Positions 25,270 to 38,694 are shown, numbered from the stretch's first letter. The stretch is 64,000 bases of DNA from Octopus vulgaris (GCA_951406725.2 OX597834.1:29636001-29700000); one strand, 5' to 3'. The notes: generated by a model not told the origin, from the letters alone. Numbers and translations are program-made.

Positions 25270-25612
25270 CTAGAACAATCCTGTGGACGATACTGTAAAA
25301 CCAATGGTTTTTGACCAAAACCTGGACTGTGAGGGAGCTACAAGGCCACCTTGAAGTTACATAGACCAAGTCTCTAATGAGGATTCAAATCATCTCAGGG
25401 CATCAGTGCAAGACCAAAGAGGAGATTTATTGGCCCATTCCATGCATCCCTATTATTATTGCTTGTCAGAGTAAACTTTGTTGGCCCCTGCAGTTGTGCT
25501 GGACAACAGGTTGTATATCAGATGTTGTATTCTGGATATACTTATACACCCTAAAAGAGGACAACGACCAATAAACTCAACTACTTTGATGTTCTTGATA
25601 GAAACACACAAC
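25270..25612 (+). mobile_element. RTE-like LINE ORF2 C-terminal fragment (pseudogenised)
   Basis: KTWTVRELQGHLEVT*TKSLMRIQIISGHQCKTKEEIY...NFVGPC...ISDVVFW...PKRGQRP..LNYFDVLDRNT across frameshifts, matching ETWT...LDGTYTRLLMR.Q.ISW....EIY...FAGHC...RGxRP. A possible upstream continuation lies at 24700-25015. Confidence 0.7.
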
Positions 25613-27288
25613 GGGGGAAGTAGAGAGGATCAGCGAAAATGAATGGGGGGGAGACAAAGACACCTCCTGTAAGTTTGTGAGACATTTTAGTTGTGGTGAC
25701 TTGAAGGAGGAGGAGGAGGAGGGGTACTTTTAGTGGTGGTGGTGGTGGTGGTAGGGATCAGGTCTGGTGTACACTTATATTGTTGGTTCTAGATGATGCG
25801 TATGAAAGGAGAGGTGAAAGGAAGGAGAGTGGGAGAGCGGAGTGGGCTGTGTGACGTTAGTTTGGTTTGTGGTCGTCTAACAAAGAGAGGACACAATGAC
25901 TAACAACTAAAACAAAGCAGTAATAACAACACCAGTAGTAGTAGTAGTAGTAGTAGTAACAACAACAATAAACATCAGTGATGTTGGCATTGAAGAGAAA
26001 ACTAGTAATCATAGCCCTTAAAACTTTCTCCTTCCTGTATTGTTGAGGATAACAGGAGCCATCAATAGGGAATCATCTAGAGAGTAAGGGGCCGGTGGCA
26101 GAGAGAGAGGATGATGGTGAAAGTGGGGTGCAGATGTGAGGACATAGGGGATGAATGGGGAAATACATGGAAAGTTAAAGAGCAGGTGTGTGAGAGATAG
26201 ATAGAGAGAACATAAGCAATAGGTAGGGAATTATATAGAAAAGGTGGTAGCAGGTGAGAGAGAGGGAGAGTAGCAAGAGTGAGAAGGGAGATAGGAGAGA
26301 GATAGTTAGTTGATGAATTTGATGAAGAGAGAGAGAGAGAGAGAGAGATGGTACACCCTGAAGAAGTAATATACTTTTCTTTCTTTCATTCTTTCTGTCT
26401 TTCTTTTTTGGTTGGATGTAGAAATATAACGTTTCCATGCTTATCATTAGTTGTGTCGTATTACCAAAAACTTGATTCTTTAGAGTTGTTCTATCCACAT
26501 TCCAACCCTATTCACACACACCCCAGCTCTTCATTTTATAACAGATATTTGGCCTTATAAAGAAAAAGAAATTTTAAAAACTTTTATAGCAGAAATTTGA
26601 AAACTGCCATTGCAAGTGAGGCGTACCGACTCTCCTAACTAACCAACAAGTAAAAGGGATCCAAGATGATACAGAACGTACTCTGGCCATAGTTGCTGTG
26701 TTTCTTTTTTTGCACACCTGGTACTTATTCAATCTAATTCATATGCTGAACTGTTAAGTTACAGGGATGTAAACCAACCAACAGTAGTTGTCAGGTGGTG
26801 GTAGGAAACAAACACCAAACACAAAGGTATACACACACACAGGCTTTCACACAGTAGAAGACACTTGCCCAAGTTGCTTTGCATTTATATATATATATAT
26901 ATACACCTTCACATGCTTTGAAATGTATTTATACATATCCGTGTATGCATGTGTCTGTGTCTGAGTGGTTGTGAGTGTGCACTTGCTACATGAAAGGAAA
27001 CCACCAAGCTTTTGTCATGTGCATCATGTAGCAACCGTCTTACACCTCCAACATGGGAAGAAGCAATTGGCCAACGTCTGTGCAGTGGTCAATGCAATCC
27101 TTTTATAAGAATATTAGCACAATAAATAGGAAATGCAATGCCATACATTAGGATGTTGTAGGATGATTCCATTTCGAACAGCTAACCAATATTGTATTCT
27201 TGAACTAAAATTAAACATTTTTACTGATTTATTTATCTTTATATATTTATGTATTAGTTTTATTCTTTTACGTTTTCTCCTAACTTTG

Positions 27289-27319
<31 letters not shown>

Positions 27320-27564
27320 CCTTATTATTTCTTTCTTATCAATACATAGGTTTTATTTTCACTTAAATGCTTTGGTGGATGAGGTGGAATATAGGTAAAG
27401 GAATGCAGGTAAGGAAGCAAATTGTCTTGGGAGAGTTCATAATTCACATGTGATAATGGCTATATTGGCACTAAACATTGGCAGAGATTCACTTTTGAAG
27501 ACTTGGTGCAAATGGTAATGCTTTATAAATGCAGCAAACAGAAGTATAGAACAGCAGCAGCAGC

Positions 27565-27596
<32 letters not shown>

Positions 27597-27749
27597 CAGC
27601 AACAGTATCGATAGGAATAAGTGCATGTATATGCACTTTGTGTCAAGGTGTGTGCGTGTATGTATGAATGAAAGCACAGGATGAGGAGGGGGATAAAGTT
27701 TCTACATATTTCCAGATACACATTCAAGTATTTGTGCATGTGTGTGTTA

Positions 27750-27781
27750 TAATACACACACACACACACATATATATATAC

Positions 27782-27814
<33 letters not shown>

Positions 27815-27831
27815 CATATATATATACATAC

Positions 27832-27862
<31 letters not shown>

Positions 27863-27863
27863 C

Positions 27864-27902
<39 letters not shown>

Positions 27903-27903
27903 C

Positions 27904-27954
<51 letters not shown>

Positions 27955-27979
27955 TATACACACATATATATATATACAC

Positions 27980-28010
<31 letters not shown>

Positions 28011-28029
28011 CATACATATATATATATAC

Positions 28030-28100
<71 letters not shown>

Positions 28101-28110
28101 GAGAGAAAGA
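27750..28110. repeat. Long compound (CA)n/(TA)n/(GA)n microsatellite
   Basis: Seen directly. Confidence 0.97.
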
Positions 28111-28675
28111 AATAGATAGACAGAAAGATACGTTTAATGTTTATCTATATAAACTGTTCTTGTAATAAATAATATATATCTGTGTGTCTGCACAGAAAGA
28201 AGGTACAATGATGATGATGATGAGGATGATGATGATGATTTTGATGATGACTACAGTAACAGTGACAACATAACATAAAAATAACAAAGAAATAATTCCT
28301 AAAAATTTTCTTTGCCTTCATTTCTATTAATTATGTACACACTTGTGTGTGTGTGTGTATGTGTGTGCACGTGAAGATGACAGAAAAATTATGCCTATAC
28401 ATAGAATGCAACAAAACTAACGAATACATATATGAATATATGCAATGTATGGGGGTTTAGTTCACAGGTGATCCTAACGATTAGGTACACTAAGTGCTGT
28501 TCGCTGTCCTGCTTAACAATTATATATGAGTATATATGCACATATATGTATATATGTAGATATATATATATATAGCTATAGATAAATCTATACATATACA
28601 TATACATACATACATATATATATATATATGAATATACACACACACATATATATATATGAGTGTATTTTTGTGTGA

Positions 28676-28707
<32 letters not shown>

Positions 28708-29144
28708 TTTCTCTCACTCTCTCAAAAAACACACACACTTGCATTTCACTCGTAAGTGCAGCTATAAATATGCATATATGAGCCAGAGAGAGAGAGAGAG
28801 AGAGAGAGAAACAACAGCCAAATAGAGAAGATAGTTTCTCATCCAGATTTTTGAGTAGATGTACAATGGACAGTCACAAGAATGGATGACATACAGTGAC
28901 ATGCATAGTTTTAAGGAAACATCCAATTCCACAGCTCTTTGGGGCATGGGTCTTCTACGATAGACACATATATACCAAAGCATTTTTCAGTGGAATTTGG
29001 TAGATGGATCATTGCAATTTCAAATATTAGTATTCAGTGCATGATACAAGTGTAAAGTGTAAATGATTATCTTTGTCAAAATAATCTTTGTACCATATTT
29101 TAAATAAAAGAATATATATATATTCTTTATATATATTCCCCCAC

Positions 29145-29194
<50 letters not shown>

Positions 29195-29197
<3 letters not shown>

Positions 29198-29390
29198 ATT
29201 GTTAGCCACTACACACATTTTTTTTCTCTCCTTGTTTGTCTCCTTGTTTTTTTCTGTGTCCCTTTCTGTAGAAGAGCGTAGGCTCGAAACGTAAAAGACT
29301 TTTTCTATTCCTGAGCGTTATACTAATACATCTGTTTGTTTTGTACACCACCTGTCTTCGGCTTTTGTTTTTTTCGTAAACTCTCCCTAT
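29195..29390 (+). mobile_element. Penelope-like terminal-repeat fragment between (CT)n and (TA)n
   Basis: Homologous to 5989-6177 (-) and more distantly to 11786-11993; contains a hammerhead fold. Confidence 0.72.
29262..29297 (+). ncRNA. Minimal type I hammerhead motif, CUGUAGA (A6U) core
   Basis: cttt CTGTAGA a gagc gtag gctc GAAA cg TA aaag; GUA triplet. Confidence 0.68.
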
Positions 29391-29744
29391 GTATATATAT
29401 ATATAAATATACACACACAATTAAGTAATGATTTTAAATTGATGATTTAAATACACCTTGTAAAAGCCTGTTCACTGTATTTGGCTACCTGATATTATCA
29501 ACAATATGGATGTAAATAGCATTGGATTTATTTCAGGGAATTCCTTTGTGTCTGTAGAGTTTATAAAATGTGAAAGTAAGAAGAATGTTTGACAGCATCT
29601 CAACCACGAGGCATCAATGCACAATTAGTTGAGATGATTAGAGTGAATAATAAAGAGTCTTGCGAATTCTTTTTTCTTTCTCTCGTAGGTTACACACACA
29701 CATTTACATATATAAGTACACACACACATGCACACACACACACA

Positions 29745-29915
29745 CACGAGGCAAGTGATTTGATCTGAGACTTGTGGGTTGAAACTGAAACAATTGCAGC
29801 ATAGAAGACACATCCCAACCATTCAAAAACACACAAAAACTGTTAACCATTTATTATTAGGGGTCACAATTTTTATCAGGTGAACTGCAACCTGATCACT
29901 GACATGATTCCACTG
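29745..29915 (-). mobile_element. Older copy of the 54312-54609 Penelope-like family with a decayed GUGAUCA hammerhead
   Basis: gcaagtgatttgatctgaga...aaacaattgcagc...aaacacacaaaa is shared with 54332-54420. Minus strand 29863-29903 reads gtca GTGATCA g gttgc agttcac ctgat aaaaattg tgac. Confidence 0.65.
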
Positions 29916-30850
29916 GGTGTATAAATATCATATATATATATATATATATATATATAAGTTCAGCAACAATTTAGATTCAAATGAATATGGCACTTAATTT
30001 AGATGCACCAGAATTTTTTTGGATGTCAGTTGGCATCCAAACTACACTACCTCATGTTCATAAGATTCATATCTACATCTTTATCTGTATATTTACCTTC
30101 TCTAAGATGTTATTAATTGATCTGAGAACTTTATATTATTGGAAAACCTATATAAAATTAGCTGAAGATTACTCGGCATCTTAAATCTGCTGTAATATTT
30201 ACAGCTTTTAATAAAATGTTGTAGTATGAAACAATTGTACTAAATTACCAGATTCATTCTTGTTGCTTATTTTTGAGTATATATATATATATATATATGT
30301 ATATGTATTTTTATGTGTATGTATACCTGTATGAATGTATGTCTACACCTGTGTTTATGTTACTTTAAATCCATCCAGTGTCAAAAATATCACAGAAATA
30401 TCTTAGATATTTGCTAAAAAGAGATTGGTTGAAGTTAGTAACGAACTGAAATCATTAATGTCATCAATGTAATCAACTCAGAACTCTTTATTTCAGTACT
30501 CCAGCATGGCCACTGCCCAAATGACTGAAATCAGTGAAAGATTACAAGAACAGATCATAAACATAGAAACATAGATTGATACCTCCATACATAGCAGCCA
30601 TACAATGTTGTGGAATCAGCCTGATACTATTGTATTAATGGGTTGGCTTTTCATGATTTTTCCTCTCTCTTTTTTTTTTTTTTTGCTTTTTTTTTTTGCG
30701 ATCTGTTTCTTAAAGGAGATACAATAATTGGAAACTTTACTTTTTATCTAAGAAGGAAGTGTGAATTTGGTAGAAAAGTGGTTCTTTTTAATAATTTCCA
30801 TTCATACCTTTTATTTATCTAATTTGTTTTTTATTGCCAGTGTGTCTCCA

Positions 30851-30883
<33 letters not shown>

Positions 30884-31390
30884 TCTTTTTTCTCAAACTT
30901 TTCGGTTTCCAATGAGCGTCCATTTTTAAGCAGCATGTAGATCTTACATTTACTTTGATGATAAATGGTTTTTCTAAGACAGGTAGGTTTTCTTGTAGAA
31001 AAAAATCTCATTATTGCTGCAATAATCATTATTTAAAGACCATTCGTAGCCAGTGAATGGTTTTGTGGATTTGAAGCAAATTCACGCTGGTCGACAGATC
31101 AACATATAAATTATGTCAGATGGTGTGTGTGCGTGTGTGTGTGTGTCTATGAAAGAATTTGTGCATATGCACACTCACACATATACAGGCACATACATAC
31201 AAATATATGTATATATGTACACAATAGACACACATATTGTGTGTGTGTATATATATATTATATGTATACATAAGTATATCATTATGTACATATATATACT
31301 TATATATATATATATATGTACACAAATGCAAACACATTTATATACGTGTGTGTGTACACATATATATATATGTATATATGTATGTATATG

Positions 31391-31437
<47 letters not shown>

Positions 31438-31516
31438 ATATATATGTATATATATGTATATATATATATGTGTACATATATATATATATATACACACTTA
31501 TATATATATAAGTATA

Positions 31517-31561
<45 letters not shown>

Positions 31562-31801
31562 GTGTGCTTAGATACATAAGAAATTTTATATTTAAAAAAC
31601 ACATGAGATTTAATCTTTTTTTTATATCACATTAGCAATAATAACACGAATAAGAAGATGATAGATTTATTATTGTTATATAAAAATAAATACTTATCAT
31701 TACTTGTTTCTTTTTTATTATTATTATTATTATTACTGCACTTATCACTAAAAGCTATAACTACTACTACTACTAATAATGATAATAATTTTTTTTTAAA
31801 A

Positions 31802-31838
<37 letters not shown>

Positions 31839-31839
31839 G

Positions 31840-32057
31840 TAATCCTTTCTACTGGAGGCACATTCCTCAGATTTGTGGGGAGGGGACTAGTCGATTACAT
31901 TGACCCCCCAGTGTTTCACTGGTACTTAATTTATCGACCCTGAAAGGATGAAAGGCAAAATCAACCTCAGCAGAATTTGAACTCAGAACGTAGCAATGGG
32001 CAAATTACTGCTAAGTATTTCATCTGGTGTGCTAATGATTCTGCCAGCTTGCCACTT
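31840..32057 (-). mobile_element. SINE family B with (ATT)n tail
   Basis: Reverse complement of the family head and body, adjacent to (AAT)n at 31802-31842. Confidence 0.85.
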
Positions 32058-32223
32058 TGATAATGATGATGATGATGATGATGATAATTTTTTCTGCTAC
32101 TACTACTACTACTACTACTGATTATAGTGGTGTTTGTGGTGACGGTTTCTTAATCTTATTTTTTCGTGGTAGTGTAGTGGTTGTTGTTGTAGTTATTGTT
32201 ATAGTGATAACAGCATCTACAAT

Positions 32224-32634
32224 GGTGCAGGAGTGGCCGTGTGGTAAGTAGCTTGTCTACAAACCACATGGTTCCGGGTTCAGTCCCACTGCGTGGCACC
32301 TTGGGCAAGTGTCTTCTACTATAGCCTCGGGCCAACCAAAGCCTTGTGAGTGGATTTGGTAGATGGAAACTGAAAGAAGCCTGTCGTATATATGTATATA
32401 TATATATGTATGTGTGTGTGTTTGTGTGTCTGTGTTTGTTCCCCTAGCATTGATTGACAACCGATGCTGGTGTGTTTACGTCCCCGTCACTTAGCAGTTC
32501 AGCAAAAAGAGACCGATAGAATAAGTACTGGGCTTTACAAAAAGAATAAGTCCCGGGGTCGATTTGCTCGACTAAAAGGCGGTGCTCCAGCATGGCCGCA
32601 GTCAAATGACTGAAACAAGTAAAGGAGAAAGGAG
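32224..32634 (+). mobile_element. SINE family A, full length, young
   Basis: Near-identical to 14443-14845 over its whole length. Confidence 0.92.
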
Positions 32635-33191
32635 ATATTTTCTGTCCTTCCTCTTTCTCATTGATGTTGTCAAATCACCTGCACCAGCCCCACCCCTGAT
32701 AAGCTAAAAAATATATAGTGACCCTTTTTTTTTTTTTTTTGAGGGAGGATTACAGGAGATAAGGAAAAATTACAAATGTACGATAAACATTATTAAATAG
32801 AATGATTGTAGATTTATTTGATGTCTGTTCAAGATATATATCACTTGTATATACACAGAATGTGATGTGTTATATATGTACAAGAGTTATCTGTATGTAA
32901 GTTTGAGCATGTGAGTAGAAGTATATGTATATATATATATATATACCATATACACACACTTATACACACACACACTTACACACTCTTACATGTTATATCA
33001 TACGCAGACACACTTATCACACACATCATACACACACACATTTATACATTCTTACATGTTAATAAATTAATAAGATATTCCTTTAATTTCCTAATAATAT
33101 TGCTCTAACAATCTACAAGCAAATGTGCTTTAACAAACATTAACCGAATATATATACACACTCACAAATATATATATATGTATATATAATA

Positions 33192-33513
33192 TAGGATAAC
33201 ATTTTCAAAAACATTTTATCAGTGGCCAGCATATCGAAAAATACCTTTTAAGGTGAAATTTATAAACAGCTTATAAACAAGGGCAAAAGAAAAAAATTCC
33301 AATGCCAAAAATGCCGAGAATAGACTTTAAATCATCAATAACCACATATAATTCATCACTTTAAAAACACTACAACAGAATTTTTTAGAAATTTCTGTCA
33401 GCTTGCTTTGGGACACATGCTTAAAGTGATGAATTATATGTGGTTATTGACAATTTAAAGTCTATTCTCAGCATTTTTGGCATTGGAATTTTTTTCTTTT
33501 GCCCTTGTTTATA

Positions 33514-33515
<2 letters not shown>
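33192..33515. mobile_element. Penelope-like insertion with 93 bp inverted duplication, flanked by TA repeats
   Basis: Inverted arms 33272-33364 and 33421-33513; cagtggccagcatatcgaaaaatacc resembles 8703-8729. Confidence 0.7.
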
Positions 33516-33566
<51 letters not shown>

Positions 33567-33886
33567 TATACATATATGTACATGTAAGTATCAAAAAAGT
33601 GTTCAAATGTCCTACTGGAGTCATAAGTTCAAAAGGCCAGTTTCCCAAATTTTTTCTCTGTATATTTTCCCTCACTCCCACCTTGGACAGGATGCCAGGC
33701 CATGATAGGCATCCTCACTTCTGCCAGTTGGGTGGGTTGGAGCAATTTAAAACAAAGTGCTTTCCTGAAAAGCACACTTATCACCTGCTGGCAGGAATCA
33801 AAATGACAATCTTATGATACTGAGTGCAACATCCAAACCACTAAGCCATGCACCTACCTATATATATACACATGCGTTTATCATTT

Positions 33887-34225
33887 AATCATCATCGTTT
33901 AACGTCCGTTTTCCATGCTAGCATGGGTTGGACAGTTCAACTGGGGTCTGGGAAGCCGGAAGGCTGCGCCAGGCCCAGTCTGATCTGGCAGTGTTTCTAC
34001 AGCTGAATGCCCTTCCTAACGCCAACCACTCCATGAGTGTAGTGGGTGCTTTTTACGTGCCACCTGCACAGGTGCCAGACAAGGCTGGCAACGGCCATAA
34101 TCGGATGGTGCTTTTTACGTGCCACAGGCACGGAGGCCAGACGAGGCTGGCAACGGCCACAATCAGATGGTTCTTTTTACGTGCCACTGGCATGGAGGCC
34201 AGTCGGGGCAGTGCTGGCAACGGCA
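33887..34225 (-). mobile_element. SINE family C with three internal ~60 bp tandem units
   Basis: Tail at 33887-33935; ggtgctttttacgtgccac...ggctggcaacggcc repeated three times at 34045-34225. Confidence 0.87.
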
Positions 34226-34879
34226 TTTACATATTTAGGATATATATGTGTGTGTGTGTGTGTGTACGTGTGTGTAAAATTACATACTTATACTCCTTAG
34301 ATATATAAATACTTGAACATATAAACTACAGGATTAAGAAATTGATGAACACAAGTTAAGTGAGAAAGATACACTTGTAATTAAGCTGTTGAGGTTTGTT
34401 GGTAAATAGATATATATAAATAGAGATAACATTTGAAAAAGACAATGTAGTTTTGCATTGAGGGAATGATATTTTAGGCTAAAATCAATTACATGAAACC
34501 CATTCTATATTTTATTGCATAGTTCACAAAGGCAGGATTTGAACTCAGAATGGAAAAAATACCACACGGTAATTTGGCTAAGGCCTTAGTGATTTTACAA
34601 CCCACTCACCCACCTGATGATATGTAAGTTTCAGTACAGTTTCTATGAAGCAAATTTCATTTACAAAGGTTTGATCGATCTGAAACTGTAACAGAAAACA
34701 TTTGCACAAAATGCCACACTCTAGAAACCTGCCCATGCACTGACACCACATAACTATTAAGCAAACTCCTTCAACATACATCCATGTTTATGCTAATTAT
34801 ATATATATACACGCATACATACATATAGATATATATGCAAACATAATAATGGAAAGTACCAAACACACAAAGTATAGTA

Positions 34880-34939
<60 letters not shown>

Positions 34940-34942
<3 letters not shown>

Positions 34943-35155
34943 CCTTTCTACTATTGGCACAAGGTCTGAAATTTTGGGGGAGGGCACAAGTTAATTAGAT
35001 CAACCCCAGTGTTTCACAGGTACTTAATTTATCGACTTTGAAAGGATGAAAGGTAAGGTCAACCTCGGCGGAATTTGAACTCAGAATATAAAGGCAGATA
35101 AAATGCCACAAAGAATTTTGGCCGGCATATCAATGATTCTGCCAGCTCACCACAT
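34940..35155 (-). mobile_element. SINE family B, first of a tandem pair in (AAT)n
   Basis: Family homology; (AAT)n/(GAT)n on both sides. Confidence 0.85.
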
Positions 35156-35221
35156 TAATAATAATTATGATGATGATGATGATAATAATAATAATGATGA
35201 TGATGATGATGATAATAATAA

Positions 35222-35436
35222 TGTTTTCTATTATAGGCACAAGGCCCGAAGCTTTGGGGGAGGAGACTAGTCGATTGCATTGACCCCAGAATTTCACTGG
35301 TACTTAATTTATCGACTCTGAAAGGATGAAAGGCAAAATCAACCTCAGCAGAATTTGAACTCAGAATGTAGCAGCAGACGAAATACTGCTAAGCATTTTG
35401 CCCGGCATGCTAATGATTCTGCCAGAATACCACCTT
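35222..35436 (-). mobile_element. SINE family B, second of the tandem pair
   Basis: Family homology; (AAT)n on both sides. Confidence 0.85.
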
Positions 35437-35470
35437 AAAAATAATAACAATAATAATAATAATAATGATG

Positions 35471-35523
<53 letters not shown>

Positions 35524-36366
35524 CATCATACCAGTAAATGAAACTGATTTTACATAACCACTGAGATTCACATTACCAGTTTTGATGTAAGATAAACTCT
35601 TGGGGTGTGTGTGTGTTGTGTCTGTGCATGTGTATGACTACACATATGCATATATATATGTGATTCACTAACATATAAATATAAATAAGTATTTATATAT
35701 ATGTACACACACACACATGTATAAGATACATACAACACACACACACACACATACACACAAATTCATTAAAATAAGCCTATCTCACTTATAACCTTACACG
35801 TTTCTTTACACGTCACAAAATTTCAAAACATTTACCATAATAAACCTGGAAAAGACAAATCTACAATAAACAGATTGAGTTTCTAAATATAATCCAAGAA
35901 ATTAGTTTTATTCAAAGAAACCCCAGAAGAATTTAACTAAAAGATATGCTATTTCTATCTATTTATTCATTTATTTATTTATTCTGTATCTCACCGTTGT
36001 TTTGCGATAACAAAAGAGGTATTTTTAAAGAAATCATTTCCTAAAGATGCAATAAATATTTTGATTTTCACTGACAAATTAAGGATGGGTTTTGATATTC
36101 TGTATGGCAAGGGTTCAAATTATGTGTGGTGTACATATTATTCACTAATGCGTGTGCACAAAGTTGTTCTCACACATGCTGCATACATACATGTACACAT
36201 ATATACACAGACACAGACATATATTAACAATAGTTTGTGGAGTAAGGTGTACTAATATATACAGCTGTGCCATATATACTTATTAGCTATGTATATATGT
36301 GTGTGTGTGCATGTGTGTATAGTTAGCTAGACAGATGAACAGACAGACAACTAGATACATATGCTT

Positions 36367-36408
<42 letters not shown>

Positions 36409-36491
36409 TTAGATTGTGAAATTATAAATGTATTTATGCTCACATACACATACACATGCATATATGTATATATAAACTCGAAGTCATCGTC

Positions 36492-36544
<53 letters not shown>

Positions 36545-36552
<8 letters not shown>

Positions 36553-36567
36553 TCCAAATCATCTATA

Positions 36568-36604
<37 letters not shown>

Positions 36605-36619
36605 TCCAAATCATCTATA

Positions 36620-36658
<39 letters not shown>

Positions 36659-36673
36659 TCCAAATCATCTATA

Positions 36674-36725
<52 letters not shown>
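36545..36725 (+). repeat. Minisatellite of catattccaaatcatctatatattta plus (TA)n, three units
   Basis: Units start near 36548, 36600 and 36654. Confidence 0.9.
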
Positions 36726-36729
<4 letters not shown>

Positions 36730-37314
36730 GGCAAAGCGGTTGATCTTTGCAGCCACATGACTGCAGGTTCAATGATGTTGTGTTACATCTCAAGCAACTG
36801 TGTGACGCTACAGCCTCAGGAAGGCAAAAACTTTGCAAGTAGACGCCTCTCGCATATTTGTGTGGATGTGTGTGTCTATGTGCCTGTATGCACATTCCTG
36901 TGTGTGTGTGTATACATGAATTGAAGCTGGAAATACAAATTCCATAGCCCTAAGTTCCACGTTTCTTCTATTTCTTCTTTACATTTGTGTATTTACAATC
37001 ATTCATGTACACACACACACACACACACACACACATGTGTGTGTGTGTGTGTGTGTGCCCATTTTTCTTTCTATTATTATCCCCGTCTAAAAACTTATGC
37101 TTCGTTTATTTGATGTGTCCCATTATGCTGATAACTCATTGGGATAATTAGTGTCAGTAAAGGGCCGGAATATATACTGGAGCAGTGCAACTGACTGACT
37201 GGATCCATTGTAGGTGGGTCACCAAACTTGGCCACAACCCAATGACTGAAACCAGTTAAGGAAAAACAAAGAAAAATTAACATCCACACACACAAACACA
37301 CACATTTTATATAT

Positions 37315-37528
37315 ACTCTTTACTCTTTTACTGGTTTCAGTCATTTGACTGCAGCCATGCTGGAGCACTGCTTTTAATCGAGCAACTCGACCCCGGGACT
37401 TATTCTTTTATAAGCCCAGTACTTATTCTATTGGTCTCTTTTGCTGAACCGCTAAGTAACGGAGACAAAAACACACCAGCATCGGTTGTCAAGCGATGTT
37501 GGGGGGAACAAACACAGACACACAAACG

Positions 37529-37572
<44 letters not shown>

Positions 37573-37733
37573 ACGGGCTTCTTTCAGTTTCCGTCTACCA
37601 AATCCACTCACAAGGCTTTGGTCGGCCCGAGGTTATAGTAGAAGACACTTGCCCAAAGTGCCACGCAGTGGGACTGAACCCGGAACCATGTCGTTGGTAA
37701 ACAAGCTACTTACCACACAGCCACTCCTGCGCC
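37315..37733 (-). mobile_element. SINE family A, full length
   Basis: Reverse complement of the 14443-14845 type. Confidence 0.9.
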
Positions 37734-37842
37734 CATATACGTACACAACCTATATGATAGACATATAAACAGGGCTAATCTAGCTCTTTCTCCATAGATA
37801 ATCAGCATCAGTATCAGCAGCATCAGTCAACATTTTTATCTT

Positions 37843-38003
37843 TTACTGGTTTCAGGCATTAGACTGTGGCCATGCTGTGGCACTACTGACTAAATACTCG
37901 TATTTTTTAAGGCCTGGTACTTCTTCTATCAGTCCCTTTTGCCAAACAGCTAAGTTACAAGAATATAAACACACCAACACTGGTTGCCAAGCAGTGGTCA
38001 GGG

Positions 38004-38035
<32 letters not shown>

Positions 38036-38195
38036 GACAAGCTTCTTTCAGTTTCCGTCTACCAAATCCTGTCACAAAGCTTTGGTTGGCCTAAGGCTAT
38101 AGCAGAAGGCACTTGCCCAAAGTCCCACTGTGTGGGACTGAACCCAGTACCATGTGATTGAGAAGCAAGCTTCTTACCACACAGCCATGCCTGCG
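37843..38195 (-). mobile_element. SINE family A, older diverged copy
   Basis: Tail, body and head (ccacacagccatgcctgc) all recognisable. Confidence 0.8.
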
Positions 38196-38270
38196 ATAAA
38201 TATACACACACATACGCACATGCATATATAGTGTGTCTATGTGCTGTACACAATAAGCTCATTATTATTA

Positions 38271-38311
<41 letters not shown>

Positions 38312-38542
38312 ATTGTTATTATATTTAAATATTTATTTGTTGAAATTTATTTCATAATGAGTGCATATTTGTGCATTTTCAGAAATACATATATAAAAAT
38401 TAATTTGCTTGTATGTATGTGTATATGTATGTGTGTATATATACATAGATATATATGTATGTATATATATACGCACATATATATACAGATACATGCATAT
38501 ACATACATACATATATATATATATATTTACACACACACACTG

Positions 38543-38573
<31 letters not shown>

Positions 38574-38659
38574 ATATACTATGCATATGCATATATAAAT
38601 ATATTTATTTATAGATAGAGTAGATAGAGGTATATGTGTATATAAATAAATATATTTTC

Positions 38660-38694
<35 letters not shown>

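Noticed and set aside
25620-26360. Purine-rich stretch suggesting a Pro/Ser-rich minus-strand exon
   Set aside because: The frames checked close quickly with stops; it is low-complexity GA/GGA/GGT sequence.
36545-36725. Repeat-spacer pattern superficially like a CRISPR array
   Set aside because: Spacers are plain (TA)n, there are only three units, the DNA is eukaryotic and no cas genes are present.
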